A stretch of 64,000 bases of DNA. Source: the human T2T-CHM13v2.0 reference genome, Homo sapiens. The stretch is taken from the NCBI RefSeq assembly GCF_009914755.1, contig NC_060930.1; one strand, 5' to 3'. Positions 1 to 18,170 of this stretch are shown here, one piece after another; position 1 is the first letter of the stretch; each line of letters starts with the position of its first letter. The position numbers and the translations under genes are program-made. The notes under the pieces were generated by a model that did not search any database, was not told the origin of the DNA, and saw only the letters and a program-made list of their open reading frames with translations.

Positions 1-222
1 TCACATTCATAGTCTGTGACTGAGTAATTTCACTCTTAGTGTATACACTAAAGAAGCCCCAGTACGTGTGCCAAGGAGACAAATGTAAAAATGTTTATTG
101 CAATATCATTCATAATGGCAATAAAAACAATTTAAATGTCCACCAGTTGGTAAGTTAATAAATAAATCCTCCCAATAGGATACTAGTTGGTAGTTTAACT
201 CGTATAGCAGCTAAAATGAACC
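1..222 (+). mobile_element. Old L1M-type 3' fragment
   Basis: Resembles L1 3' region motifs (aatgtttattgcaatatcattcataatggcaa...aaatgtccaccagt). Confidence 0.5.
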
Positions 223-223
223 A

Positions 224-406
224 GCCGGGTGCAGTGGCTCACACCTGTAATCCCAGCACTTTGGGAGGCCAAGGCAGGTGGATCACCTGAGGTCAGGAGT
301 TCGAGACAGAGGTGGAGGTTGCAGTGAGCTGAGATGGTGCCATTGCACTCTAGCCTGAGTGACAGAGCAAGACTCTATCTCAAAATAAATAAATAAATAA
401 ATAAAT
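224..406 (+). mobile_element. Alu with internal deletion (left arm joined to distal right arm)
   Basis: ...gagttcgagac joins directly to agaggtggaggttgcagtgag; (TAAA)n tail. Confidence 0.9.
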
Positions 407-1594
407 TTAGAAAAGACATCTAGAAATTACCAAAACATTACTGCAGACACATTATTAAATATACATATATGTGCTGTATTATTATTTGTAGTAGAGCCCT
501 ATGTGTACCTGACCTTGAACTACCCCTGCCTTTTTTTTTTTTTTTTTTTTTTGCACTGGGGCTCAATTCCAACTCAGTGTTCAGTTTCTATGGAGAGAGA
601 GGAGGAAACAGAGAACTAGAGTGACCTGGCCAGACTCCCCACAAGGAATTCTTTACATCACTCGCACCATCAATAAAAGTTGCTCTTGGTTTGCAATCCA
701 GCCTTTTCTCCACGGTGAAAGAAGAGATGTCTTTATCGCTTTAATTACCATGACAAGAAGGAAAATTATAGAGTTGTAATATGGTCTTTGGGGGAACAGT
801 CCGCCCTTATGGAGATTTTGGGGGTATGTCTGAAAACTGATTGTTAGAAGAGAAATTTAAAACCGATCAGAATTTTTATAGCACTTCGATATTTATAAAC
901 AATACAAAGAATCGCCTCCTCTTTTGTATGATCCTACTTATCTATATAATGAGTGTCCTGAGCCAAGCCCCCAGTTTTGTCTCCTGAAATGAATACATTT
1001 CAAAATACCTAGACATTCATCTCATGTAAGCCTCAAATTCAGCCACTGAGATTTTTATCTAGCAAAGGACTTATGTGAAAAGAATGGTAGTGTTTCTTAT
1101 TTAAGTTCAGGAAAAATCTACTCAGTTTTTACTCAAGAATAGTTTTACTTGTAAGTGACAACATTAGAACTTGTTTTAATCCTAGTTTCATAGAGATTTG
1201 TCAAAAGTAAAATTTCAAGCAAATGAATATGAATGCATCTTGTTTCTTTTATCATGAAATCAAATACATGTTTTGAATCTACTAACAGGGTTGTGAGGCT
1301 TTTTCTGAACATCTAGCTGCTGTTTCCAAATTAATCTCTTAATTTTGTCTCAGGAAAGAGACACTGAGGTTTGAGAATCCACTTGTGTGGTCTTTTCATT
1401 CTGTCCCTGAGTGACACCTATCCTATTCTGCCTGAAGACTTTGCCATTAACTCACCTCCCCAGCTTTGACCCAGTGAATTCTAATGCTTGGTTAAGCCCA
1501 AGCTAAAGCCAAGAGGAATTGAGATTGTATTTATTCGAGGGCATTGTTATTTCTGTTTCTTTGCTTTGGTCCCAGGTATTTTTTCCTATTTCAG

Positions 1595-1735
1595 GTAATG
1601 GGGAGAGTGCCAACAATTTCCATTAATAAGACAGAAGGTTGCCACATATACCTCAGTGAAGATGCATTAGACTGTGAGATCGTGAGCGCCAAGTCATCTG
1701 AAATGAACATACTTATCCCTCAGGATGGTGATTAT
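1595..1735 (+). CDS. CAP2: CAP2 (cyclase-associated actin cytoskeleton regulatory protein 2), penultimate coding exon
   Basis: Acceptor ttttcctatttcag|GTAATG, donor GATTAT|gtaagt. 141 nt, phase 0-0, encodes [47 protein letters not shown] (C-terminal CARP domain of CAP proteins). Confidence 0.97.
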
Positions 1736-2149
1736 GTAAGTACCTTTCAAAAGGCTGTCAAGAATTTTTCTGGAGCCTTCATTATTAACATTCTTAGAGA
1801 TTGATTAATCAGCTACCAACCTGCGAGCTTTATTTGTAGCATAATTCACAGGCAGGCGAGGAATTCAGGGAGCTGTCTTCCACATCTCTTCCCGCTTATT
1901 AGCTTCTTGACTGTACTCACTCCTGGATTTCCGATTCTCAAGGTAGTGTACTAATAATTCATTTAATGGACCAGCGTTTATCAAATAGCACAGCATGCAT
2001 CTGAGTTCGTATTAGGTAGGACTAAATATTTTCCTTTGCTCTGGTGGAGGTAAACAGGAAAGAAGGAGAAATAAATACTTAGGGGAAAAAATGTGAGGAC
2101 AGAGAAAAGACAGTAAGTAGGGCTATTTGTGCAGCTATGCTTAAGTGAG

Positions 2150-2310
2150 AGGTTAAGTGTAAGAATCGGGAAGTTTTATGAAAATGCCAGTTCCCAAATC
2201 TTCCAGCTGGAGGTTGGATTCAGGAGGCCTAGAGTAAGGCCCAGGAATCCAGATTTTTAACTGGCATGTATCCCTTAAGTCCATCCAATGGCCCTTCTGA
2301 GAAACACTAG
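2150..2310. mobile_element. MER5A-like hAT relic
   Basis: Degenerate ggcccaggaatc..atttttaac motif. Confidence 0.45.
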
Positions 2311-2497
2311 CCTAAAAGACTTGGCCACTATTTATTTTCTCAGCTTTCTCTCCTCAACAAAGCACTTTCTCAAAGAACCATACACGTATTCTCACACTTT
2401 GAAAAGGGAGTATGAATAAATAAGTACATTTCCTGGTTCATGAAGTGTGATGGATCTGCTAGTTGCTACTTGAAAGTGAGGAAATAAATACAGAGAA

Positions 2498-2783
<286 letters not shown>

Positions 2784-3481
2784 CAGGGAAAATTCCCTCT
2801 AAGTCTGCCTGTGCAGGGAGCCAGTGAACCAGGGAAGGATGGGAGAAAACATAACTTAGCAGGCAAAACATCTGGAAGAGGAGCTCCCTCAGCCTAAGGG
2901 GTCAATTGCCAGGGCCTACACAGCAATCAACACACAGGTTGATCTCCTTGAGCAGACGGTGTGACTGCTGCCACATTCTCCCTTCCCCACCTGGCAGTAA
3001 GTTCGTCAGCTCTGCTCAGCCACGTGTCATACATTACAGGCCAGAATTCATCATTTCAGTTTAAAAAAACAAAACTCTGCAAGCCTCAGGCCATGCTTTA
3101 CTAGTAAGTGTGTATGGACAGTCTAACCCTGAGATACAGAAGAGTCCTCTCTTGGGCCCTCCACCTAAAAAAATTCCTGAAGAGCTGATGCCAACAGCTT
3201 CAGAGTAGGAGAGTCAAAAATTGGAGGGAGCCCTGGCCTTTGCAGCTGTTTAAGCAGAAGGAAGGCTCAGCTGCATGGGACTGGATCTGCTAAGAAAAGC
3301 AGTGGGATTTGGATGAACACTGCAGACTAATGAAGCTGGAATCTATGGGCGTGGGACCCAGGCACCTGTAACTGTTAAAGCTTCCCAGGTGATTCCAGTG
3401 GGGAGCCAACATTGAAATCCACCGGCCTAAAGGATGAGTGTAAATCAAAACCTGAGCGTTCATGCTAAAAACCAAGGTCTT

Positions 3482-3803
<322 letters not shown>

Positions 3804-3948
3804 TTACCTTGTGGCCCTCTTCACATGTTCTCGGTTGGAGCTGGTAGGGAACAACACAGAGGACCTGCCATGGGCATTATGGTGTGGGAATGGATGGAGG
3901 AGATGATTCGTCCTGAAAGAAATTGGTCTCCCAGAGAAGACTCGTTAG

Positions 3949-4701
<753 letters not shown>

Positions 4702-5199
4702 TGAATGAATGAATGGCTTCATCCCAAAGAAACAGTTGGATCCTACATCTAGGAAGATAGGTACCCATGTGTGTTCCATGGAAACACCACAGCTCATAAT
4801 CATGGGCATCAGCTTATCAGACACATGAGGTTTCAATGAGCACCGCATGGACTGGAAGTCCGAGGAGGCCCAGAAGACAGGTCCAAGGCCTCCTTGCCTT
4901 AGAGAGGTTTTCTATCTTCTTCTGAAGGTCTCTGTCCTTCTTCCTTGCCTTGGAGGAGGTCTTCTATCCTCTTCTGAAATGACTGGAGAATCACTGTCTG
5001 GGAAAGCAGAGTGTTGACTTAGACTACTTTTATTTTGACTATTCTCTATTATTCTTTGTCTGTACGTGTTTGTACGTGTATTTTCCAATGGGAGAAGTAG
5101 AGTGCCTTGGTGAAGGGTAACCAACGTGTATATAACCCTAGGCTCATTTTTACAATTTATCAAAGAGTAGAGAGCTACCTCTGGGATAAAACCTTTCTA

Positions 5200-6050
<851 letters not shown>

Positions 6051-6488
6051 TGGAGAGTAGTAGGTAAGATAGAGCGCAGATTTGAATTCTAGCTGCGCTG
6101 TTACTGGCCACATCATTTGGGGCCAGTTGCTTACTCTCAGGCCTCTGTTTCCTACAGATGGCATCCCCAAGAACTCCTAGCTCATAGGGTTATTATAGGA
6201 GATCTGCTGAGTTCATCTATCTCCAGTGCTTAGAAGGATGCCTGGTTCATTCTAAATGATGCTTTTAGCTTTAATGATGATACTGGCTTGAAGTCACAGA
6301 ACTGACACATGACATACACAAGTCTCCACGTGACAAAGACCTCCCCATGACGCAGCTTGCAATTCGATCGAATTTCTTTGCCTATCATGTGGCACAAATC
6401 AGCCTCACCATCTGTTTGCAAAAGGAAGCCTTAGTTTAAATAACTTTGTTGTAGTTTAAATAACTTTGTTGTTCTTGCCTTTTTCCAG

Positions 6489-6572
6489 AGAGAATTTCCC
6501 ATTCCTGAACAGTTCAAGACAGCATGGGATGGATCCAAGTTAATCACTGAACCTGCAGAAATTATGGCCTAA
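6489..6572 (+). CDS. CAP2: CAP2 last coding exon (coding part)
   Basis: Acceptor cttgcctttttccag|AGAGAA. Encodes REFPIPEQFKTAWDGSKLITEPAEIMA* (TAA 6570-6572), in frame with the previous exon and matching the CAP2 C-terminus. Confidence 0.97.
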   Translation, partial: REFPIPEQFKTAWDGSKLITEPAEIMA

Positions 6573-7910
6573 CTTCCTGAGAGACCGAACCCCCTCACCT
6601 GAATCCCCCTCTATCAAACAAACAAAAAAGCAGCAGTAAAGAGCTAGAAGTTGCAGTAGCCCCTACTGCTTTAGCTTTGGCCTCCAACGATTCTGTGCTA
6701 TAGATACAGCACTGTTTCTGGCACGCCTCGTGGGCATTTTGAAATATTTAACGTTTCCTCATGATTTGCCTTTGTGTGTGATTTTAGTTCCACATGATGA
6801 CTTGTGAACATTAGGGATTTAAAGGAAAAAAAAAAAGAATTCTGTTCCCCTCATATCATGAACACAGTAACTGATAGGTAAAAAGACTGCATGATTCACT
6901 TTTACACTTATATTTCATTGCTAGTTAAAAAATAAAACCTTTGAGAATCTAAGATGTACATTTTTACCTTTTAGGCAATTTCAATATAATGTAGAAGTAG
7001 TAGTGTGCCCTGAAAAATGTACACGTTTTTTCTTATTGTTACCACATGTTCACCTTTATCAGCGTGGATACTGTCAGCATGAGTACATATTTCAACCCAC
7101 GCTTGTAAAAGACATAAGAGTTTATATTAAGGACCAAATTCAGTTCCTTGGTCCTTGGAAGACCTATATTCTCTGTAGTTACTGAAAACCGAAAGTCAAT
7201 TCTAATTATTCATCTTACATATTTTTCCACCATGTCATTTGAAAACTTGCTTTTCTTCTGCATAAGAGATTCTTATGCCAAAAACATTAAACAGAAGAAA
7301 TCATTTTTTTGCTATGTAATACCTCGCAACTTTGCTCTAAAATCAAGCTCAGTTATTATTTTCCAAGTTTGAACATGTTAAATATCAGATGCCTTGTAAA
7401 TTATGTCTTTAACGTTTTCTTATAGACTAATTTCCTCTTTTCCACCTGCCAGACTTGCTAACCAAGCTCGAAAATGAACATGAAAAAGCCATACATGTAT
7501 TATTTCTCCTAAAACCTAAGGCATTATCTGTTGGTTTGGCTTGCTGCTCCTATTTTGTAGTCTTGATAGTAGATGCTTCTTCAGCGTAAGAGTAGCTATG
7601 ATATTCCTTTTTATCTTTTCAGTACATAGTGCTGAAAAATCTGCAACTTCTTGGATCATATTTAATGAATTATAGTATAATGCTTGCAGGCCCAGTACAA
7701 GCATATATATTGTGCCTCTTACAGCCTTTGGAATACATTGTTTCCATTTTTTAAATATCTTCTATATCCATATAGTATTCAAATTATTAATGCTCATGTA
7801 CCAAGGTTTTGCTATAAAAGTTTTGTCTGTATGAATAATGTGGCTTTAGTAAATAATCATTTTTCAACTGTAAACTTATTCTGAAATAAAGTAAAATTCT
7901 AATTGTTTAA
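6573..7910 (+). other. CAP2: CAP2 3' UTR (end approximate)
   Basis: AT-rich, repeat-free sequence after the stop codon, ending shortly after AATAAA at 7885-7890. Confidence 0.8.
7885..7890 (+). terminator. CAP2: CAP2 distal poly(A) signal AATAAA
   Basis: Canonical hexamer followed by T/GT-rich sequence. A proximal AATAAA also lies at 6931-6936. Confidence 0.75.
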
Positions 7911-8498
7911 ATACTGTGATGAATTCTGGATGTTAAAATGATTTCTTTTCTACTTTGATTTGCTCCTTGCTCATGTGTCAGACTTAGAAAAGACAGCTGA
8001 CTCCTTCGGGTTGAATTAGAGAATTTATCCAGCATGCCATCAGCTTCCCTGATGAATGATGTCTCCTTTGAGATAGATATCAGATAAAGCCATTTGCAAT
8101 TGGATTTACTGTCAGAAAATTCTAGAATTCAGTTTTGTAAATCAAGTCCTCTTTACTGAGAAAATCCTGCTCGCAGATCTTTGTTAATGTAAACATCCCA
8201 GAACATAAGTGATTTTTTAAATACCATATATACCTTATAAACATATAACTATAAATAGCATAATAAATGTATAAGTAAACTCCTAAAAGAAAAAAACTGA
8301 GAACATCCTAAAATGGATATATTATATACCCATAATATAGTGATAATTTTGTATTGAGAAATAAATCCACCCATAATTCTTAGAATCTGTCAGCTTGCCT
8401 CATACTTGACATCAGTCTTTCAGCATGCCTCACCATATGTATTGAAAATCTGGACTTGAGGCTCAACGATTACTTTACCAGCCCTGTATTCCTTAAGC

Positions 8499-8841
8499 CA
8501 GGGATTCCCAACCCCCGAGCTGTGGACTGGTAGCTGGTCCGTGGCCTGTTAGGAACTGGGCGGCAAAGCAGAAGATGAAGGGCTGGCGAGCCAGAATTGT
8601 CACCTGAGTTCCACCTCCTGCCAGATCAGCCACAGCGTTAGATTCTCATAGGAGTGTGAACCCTGGTGTGAACTGTGCACGCGAGGGATCTAGGTTGCGT
8701 GGTCCTTATGAGCACCTAAGGCCTGATGATCTGAGGTGGAACAGTTTCATCTCGAAATTATGCACCACCCCCCCACCCTGTCTGTGGAAAAGTTGTCTTC
8801 CACAAAACCGGTCCCTGGTGCAAAAAGCTTGGGGACCACTG
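8499..8841 (+). mobile_element. MER1B (hAT-Charlie non-autonomous DNA transposon)
   Basis: TIR-like ends cagggattcccaa / ttggggaccactg, 8-bp TSD ccttaagc / ccttaaac, 343 bp, typical internal sequence. Confidence 0.85.
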
Positions 8842-9084
8842 CCTTAAACCATCTACTTAAGTAACATAAGAGTAGGTTGAATTTGTTGAAAAACCTTTGG
8901 CAATGTATAAGCAATTACCAAAAACAATGCTGCATCACCAGTGTGCCTTGTTTCTTGCACCATTTGAATTCCTGTGTTACCAGTGCTGTGACCTAATTAA
9001 TATTGTAAACGCATTAAGAAATCTGTACTTAGCACAATTGCTGTCACATCCATTCCCAAAAAGTCAAAATGAAAATCAGTGTCA

Positions 9085-9687
<603 letters not shown>

Positions 9688-10536
9688 TCAGTGTCAGAAA
9701 ATTAAGTGCCAAGGGTCTCCTATATCTCGTTACTTTGTAGCATTACAGGATAAAAGTGACAATTCAAAAGAGGCCTTTGTTGTGTTGAAAATTCATTTTT
9801 TGATAATACTCTCCCCTTAGATAATCTATTACTGATAGTCGACCTCTCACAGCAAGCCATCTTGAAGTACGGCTTCAATTCCAACCACTCCTCCCTACAT
9901 ATAGAACTGGCAAGAAATAGGTATAGTTTGATTCACTTATTCTCTCCTTCATTGAAAATGTCTGCTGCAACTTCTTAGACTCTAGATGGGTTTATCTAGG
10001 GGATCCCTTCATTTTAAAGATGAGAAAGCTGAGACCCTGGGCTAGAACACAACGCACACCTTTGTATAACTACTGTAGTTTAGCTTCTAGTCTCAACATA
10101 TGCCTCAGTCTCAGAGGTCATCAATCCAGTGGCTTCATCTCATCCTTCATCAGTTGAGATTCTCGACACTGCCTTCATCTTATTAAACTCTCTCTGATGT
10201 TGTGATTTACGATGTGCTTCTCTGGCTCCCTTCCCTCCTACCTTTTTTGTTTCCCTCTCAAATGCTCAAATACCTAATTTCAATACCTCTATGTAGATGA
10301 CTCCCAAATCCACATTCCCAGCCCAAATCCACCTCCCCAGAGCCTTCACTCCCAAGTGTCCACAGAGTATTTCTACCTTCCTGTCCCAAACTCATGCAAC
10401 ATGGCTAAAATTAATGCACATCTCCCACACATATCTATCTATTCCTTATCTGCCTTTCCAGTTTCAGTCAATGGCCCCCTCACATTTATCATAGATTAAA
10501 AACCAGCCATTTGCTGTAATAAAAAATATGAAAGAG

Positions 10537-11181
<645 letters not shown>

Positions 11182-13601
11182 TCAGTCTTGAACACGTTTG
11201 ATGCACGTTGTCTCTGTGACATTTAATTGGAGATGGAGAGTAAGCAGTTGGATATGTGAACCCCAAAATACTGAGACAGGTCTCAGTTAATTTAGAAAGT
11301 TTATTTTGCCAAGGTTGATGACACGCACCCATGACACAGCCTCAGGAGGTCCTGACAACATGTGCCCAAGGCAGTCAGACCAGTTTGGTGTTATACATTT
11401 TAGGGAGACATGAGACGTCAGTCAACATATGTAAGATGAACATTGGTTTGGTCTGGAAAAGCAAAGAGGGGGCTTCCACGTCATAGGTAGATGCATATCT
11501 ACCTATGCATTTGTAGAGACAAATGGTTACATTCTTCTGAGTTTTTGATTAGCATCTCCAAAGGAGGCAATCAGATATGCATTTATCTCAGTGAGCAGAG
11601 GGGTGACTTTGAATAGAGTGGGAGGCAATTTTGCCCTAAGCAGTTCCCAGCTTTGACTTTTCCCTTTAGCTTAGTGATTTGGGGGGCCCAAGATATTCTC
11701 CTGTCACATTTCCCCCATTTTCTTTTTTAAAATCTTTTGGATAAAGCATTTTAGAAGAAAATGAGTCTCTAGTCTCTGGTTTCATCTGATTTATCATGGC
11801 TAGGATGGTTTATTCCTAGATAGGCAGTTCTTGAGTTATTAAGAAAGCTCGTTTTTGAAGATTATGAAGTCTCATGTCCTATGAAGATAAAATAGGGGGA
11901 GGAAGGAAGAAAACAACAACCAGAGCAATCCTGGAAAATCGATATAGGCCACATTACTCTGAAGTCCATACCGCAGTAAGCAGGTATGAAAGTGGCTTAT
12001 GTATGTAAATAGGTTACAGTTATTTTCTTCCGAGATTTAAGTTGTCTAGCTTTAGTTTGCAGGGCTTTACGAAAGCACAGCTTAGTTTTCAGTGACTTCA
12101 AATTAGAAAAATTGGGGGAAAAAAAAGAAAAAAATTGAAAACATTATTTTGAAGACTTGTAGCCAAGAAAAATTAGAATTCTGTCCAAATTGTAGAAAAT
12201 AATAAAAATTGAAAAACATTAGGCAAGACTAGAATCTAACAAAAGTATATTATAGTTTTTAAAACATAATTTTTCTCTCTCCTGTTTCTCATTTTTACTA
12301 AAGACAAACCATGGTAGGACTGGTTTGCTTTATTATACTTGGCCTAATTATTTGTATACAGCACAGCAAGAATGATTATTTTTTACATAGACTTTTAAAT
12401 TGGCCTTGATGGAATGTTGTTCCATAGAAGGAATCCCAGATAAGACTTTTTTAAAGCCAAGCCCAGCCATGGATTTGTATCATCAAATACTTATGAGTTG
12501 GGTGAATTCCTCTCCACCTGAGGTTCCAGTATAAACTTGGGGCTCCTGGGCCTGTCAGAAAGTGGCATTCTTTACTTAGCACAGGTCAGGAACCCTGTAC
12601 AGGGACTGTGTAGACAAAGAAATGAGGCCTGTTTTTCAAGGGGCTTTTATTGGCTCCATAAGTCAAGTTTGATTTCTTAAAGGAAAGCACACCATTCCAG
12701 ACAAAGCCTTGGTAAAATAACCAGTTTCTCCAATTGTGTCCTATTACAAATGAAAACAGATTCTTACTGCACTTACGCAAATAACTGTATTGTCATAAGT
12801 TAAGAATACTCACAAATAGTTGCCAAATTCTGTAGAAATCAGGTAGAGAGAAACAAATATGCTCCAAATTTTGTTCATGGAAGTATACTTTACTCAATTG
12901 TTAAAAGCTGTAAATAGCTTAAAGGAAAGTTTTCTCGACTCTGAAAAACAAACAAAAAAAGGTTCAGCAATGTTTTAAGTAAAAAGTTAAAAAGATTACT
13001 GCAGACTTCTATTAGTTTATCTATGCAGTCAATTCTGTTCTGCTTGATATTTATGAACATTTCAGCTTTCCATGAGTCCTGAAAGTTGTTCTTCTCTCCT
13101 GATGTTACAATCTTCAAAGTTATCAGAAACCTGCATTCAAGAACACCTGTTCGAGTCTTATAGCTGATTATAAAACCACCTTCTAGAGAGGACCAAAACA
13201 AAACAATTTTCTGTGGATGACAAAAAGTGTTAAGGCAGCCATAGTCAAAGTCACAATTTACAAGGAAATTTGTTACCTCTGTGGCACACAATAATTTAAC
13301 TTAACAATTACTGATAACATACATTAAGTCATATCAGAATTTTAGGAGTTTCCCATTATTTTGGAACACATACCAATAACATAGTTATACAAATACAGCC
13401 CAAAGAAAACCAAACACCATTTTATATTTGGCAATGCTTCCTGTATAATTTTTGTACCAAATAAACCAAATATGTCATTTTTTAGACTTTAGGGAACCTA
13501 TTAAGAATATCTTAAAGGATTAATTAGGTCAGTAAAAGACATAATTTATAATTTGATTTTGGAAGTTTGTCAAATACCAAAGGTTTAAAACATTTTATAT
13601 A

Positions 13602-13915
<314 letters not shown>

Positions 13916-14974
13916 TCACAGGTCATTGTAAAATAAGTCATTCATTTAATCAAAGTGATAACTCAAGGACTTCAAAACAAGGCAAAAACTTTCATTCTTT
14001 GACAGAGGAGACTTAATTTTTCAAACAATAAGCCCTCATAAATACAGCATGAAGCCAATTAAATTTGTTGTCCAAAATTTTATAAACAATCTATAAAAGT
14101 TTCATCTGATCTGATCATAACATATAACTTCCATAAACCTTTATACCCTTTATAATCCTTATTAAGGAGTAAGTTAATGCCAAGAAAACTTTGTTAATCT
14201 GACACAGGGGCCCATATGCTGGTCTTACATCAGTGTGCCTTTCACATTAATTATTAATCTATAGAGAAACTGAACTTATTTTATGTCTCAAAATTGGCCC
14301 TTACAATCTCTTATGACCACCTCTTCTGCAATATGCCCTGGGCCTTGAAGAGTTGAATAGCTTTAATTTCTGGCCCTGTGTCTCAAGAATGCAGTTTATT
14401 TTGATTGGCATCTTCTACTGGGCCTAAAGACAAGGCTTTAATTGCCATCAGTGTTTAAGATTTAGCAGGACTTGCTGTTCTTTTTAGACCCAGGAGTCAA
14501 AGCCCTGTGACTCAATGTCACAAAGACTTTAAAAGCACATACAGGAGACACAAGGAGGTAACAACCTTAATTACCTTAATTTAAAAAAAAAGTGTTTAAA
14601 TCTCTGTTTTTCCTAAGCAAACCAAACTTAATAATAGTGGCATAAGAATTATTTCAATAAAACATAAAATCTGTTAGGCCAGTTACCAAAAGACAAAAGA
14701 AAAGACCTTCTACAGTGCACAGAATATAATGCTGGAAGAAAACGTTTCCTTTAGATCTTTAAGAAAACATTGTTACCATCAGGCCAAAACAAACAGAACA
14801 GAACTCAAGGGGGAAAAAAAAAGACTCATATGAGCCGAAAATGAGTTGAAGGAGAGTGTTACTATTTCGTGGCTTTTAAAAGTGAAGAGAACACCCAAAC
14901 TGGTGACATGCAATAAAAGTTGAACTTTGGGTTAAAATTTTAAAAATTAAAATCTCTTATAATTTATTGCATAA

Positions 14975-15283
<309 letters not shown>

Positions 15284-15446
15284 TTATTGCATAAATCAAC
15301 CCCTTAAGAAAACTTCATTGTTCTAACCAATTATACATGTAGAAGTGTTTTTTTTAACATCAAACCCAATCCCTAGAAAGACCATTATAGTTTCCCCTTA
15401 ATCATAGACAACTTGATCATATGAAAGTTTTTGGTGTTTTTGTTTT

Positions 15447-15749
<303 letters not shown>

Positions 15750-16095
15750 TGGTGTTTTTTTTAAATACATCTTCTTACTGTGACTTTCACAGAACATTCA
15801 TGACATGCTTGGGCTTTCTGGTTTGTCCTGAACATGTCTCTTTCTTAAACAACCAGTCATTTTACTCTAGGGCTAAATTTACCACACAAAATTCTTTCTC
15901 ATATGAAATTATTACTCTTTAAACTTTCTTACCAAAAAAAAAAAAATCTTTATATTTATAACTTTTGTTACATCTCTTTTATTTCCTGGTTCTTTTTACC
16001 TTGTTTTATACATGACCTTTAAATAAGCTTTGAATTAGACAAAAATTGTTCACCTTTTTAAAAAGAAACACTTTTGTTAAGAAAGAATGTTTTCT

Positions 16096-16458
<363 letters not shown>

Positions 16459-16581
16459 TTAAATTCTAAAGTATGATGAGTTTTTCTGCAAGTATTTATC
16501 CTATTACATTTACCTAATTATTTTATTTTAATCATTTACCTAGATTATGTATAAAAACTGTAATTTCATTATTTAAAGTTA

Positions 16582-16830
16582 TAGAACCACCATAACTTTG
16601 CAAAATTATAACTGCGACAGTGAAAAAGATTTGTCCTAACTGACTCCATCTTGCTTCTAACCTCCAAGCTGTCCTTGTTCATTCCTGGGTGTAGGCTGAA
16701 CTAACTTTGGGAGGAACTTAGTTTATAGTTTAGCTTTGGAACAAAGATGATGACAGTCCTTTCTCAAAACCAACCTTAATGCCTGTGGACTAGACTGCCT
16801 AAAGCCACAAGATTAGAAGTTATGGTAGTC
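16582..16830 (+). mobile_element. LTR8-like 5' fragment embedded in MER4-int
   Basis: ctttgcaaaattataactg..cagtgaaa..gactccatcttgcttctaacctccaagctgtccttgttcattcctggg matches the recalled LTR8 U3 start. Confidence 0.65.
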
Positions 16831-17870
16831 TGACTAAATTCAAGATGTTGCTATTTTTATTAAACCTGTGTCAATATCTTATTTATTAAATATTACACAA
16901 GCAAAGATCATTCTGTCTTGGGCTGGATTTACAGTTTTGTAACCCCTGTGCCAAATTTTGACACCTTACAGTATTTGGCAGGGATAAGTATGAAATTGCT
17001 TGATTAACAAATGCAAACAAAAATGTATGCTGGCAATTCTTAAGACATTTCTAAAATTACCTATAATTTTCAAGCTAGCTTATTTATTAAAGATTTTATT
17101 TAAGTTATGTAAACTTGAAAAAGCATTTGACTAGTCTTTTTTTGTGTGATAAACTATTTGATTCAAGTGCTTTTATTTTCTTAAGCCAATTAACTAGAGC
17201 TCTTTTATATATTTTCAGTTGTAAAACATTGTGTACACAACACATAAATACATAGATGTATTAGGCATGCCAATAGAAGTACATCTTACAGATTTATGAA
17301 AACCTTTTTTTTTTCCTATCTTAGACTTTCAGATTCTTGATAACCTGTTTCACAACTCTAGGCAGTTGTCAGCTAAATAGCCTTAAATTTTCATATTAAA
17401 GGAAACAACTCAGGTGCAAATCAAATGGCAAAATTTACCTCATAAGGTACAGAGAGAAAAAGTCTGGTGATGCTAGAGGGAGATTAAAAATCTAATCATT
17501 TATTTGATCAAATCAAACATAAAGTTGCAGAAATCTATCATAGGATTGTATAAGGAGACCAATTTTATTTAGATAGGGACTACCTATCTTTTAAGTGGAT
17601 CTCTGAGCTCTGGGCAGAGCCCACACTGAATCCTGGGTCTACAAAAAGGAAGAATTATTGAGGTTAGACCATGTGATGCTTTTACAGTGACTTAAAAAAA
17701 AAACTTTTTTAAGCAAAGACATTTCTAAGTGTCTAAACCACACACTTTCTTAAAATCCAAGAGTAACCTCTGTTGCAATAACTATTTTAGTCAAAAAACC
17801 AAAAAAAAACCAACAAAAAAAACAGGTAACACAATATAAAAGTAAGGAGCTTAAGAACTGAGACGAACTT

Positions 17871-18170
17871 GGCCGGGCATGGTGGCTCACACCTGTAATC
17901 CCAGCATTTTGGGATCCTGAGGTGGGCAGATCACGAGGTCAGGAGATCAAGACCATCTTGACCAACGTGGTGAAACCCCATCTCTACTAAAATACAAAAA
18001 ATTAGCCAGGCGTGCTGGCACACACTGGTAGTCCCAGCTACTGATGAGGTTGAGGCAGGGGAATCACTTGAACGCGGGAGGCAGAGGTTGCAGTGAGCCA
18101 CTGCACTCCAGCCTGGGTGACAGAGTGAGACTCGGTCTCAAAAAAAAAAACAAAAACAAAAACAAAAAAA
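17871..18170 (+). mobile_element. Alu nested in MER4-int
   Basis: TSD aactgagacgaactt. Confidence 0.93.

Noticed and set aside
6274-6305. C box (ATGATGA) and D box (CTGA) in the CAP2 intron
   Set aside because: Spans only 32 nt with no terminal stem; too short for a C/D snoRNA.
6361-6374. Perfect 14-bp palindrome aattcgatcgaatt
   Set aside because: A palindrome of this length is expected by chance in 64 kb; no other support.
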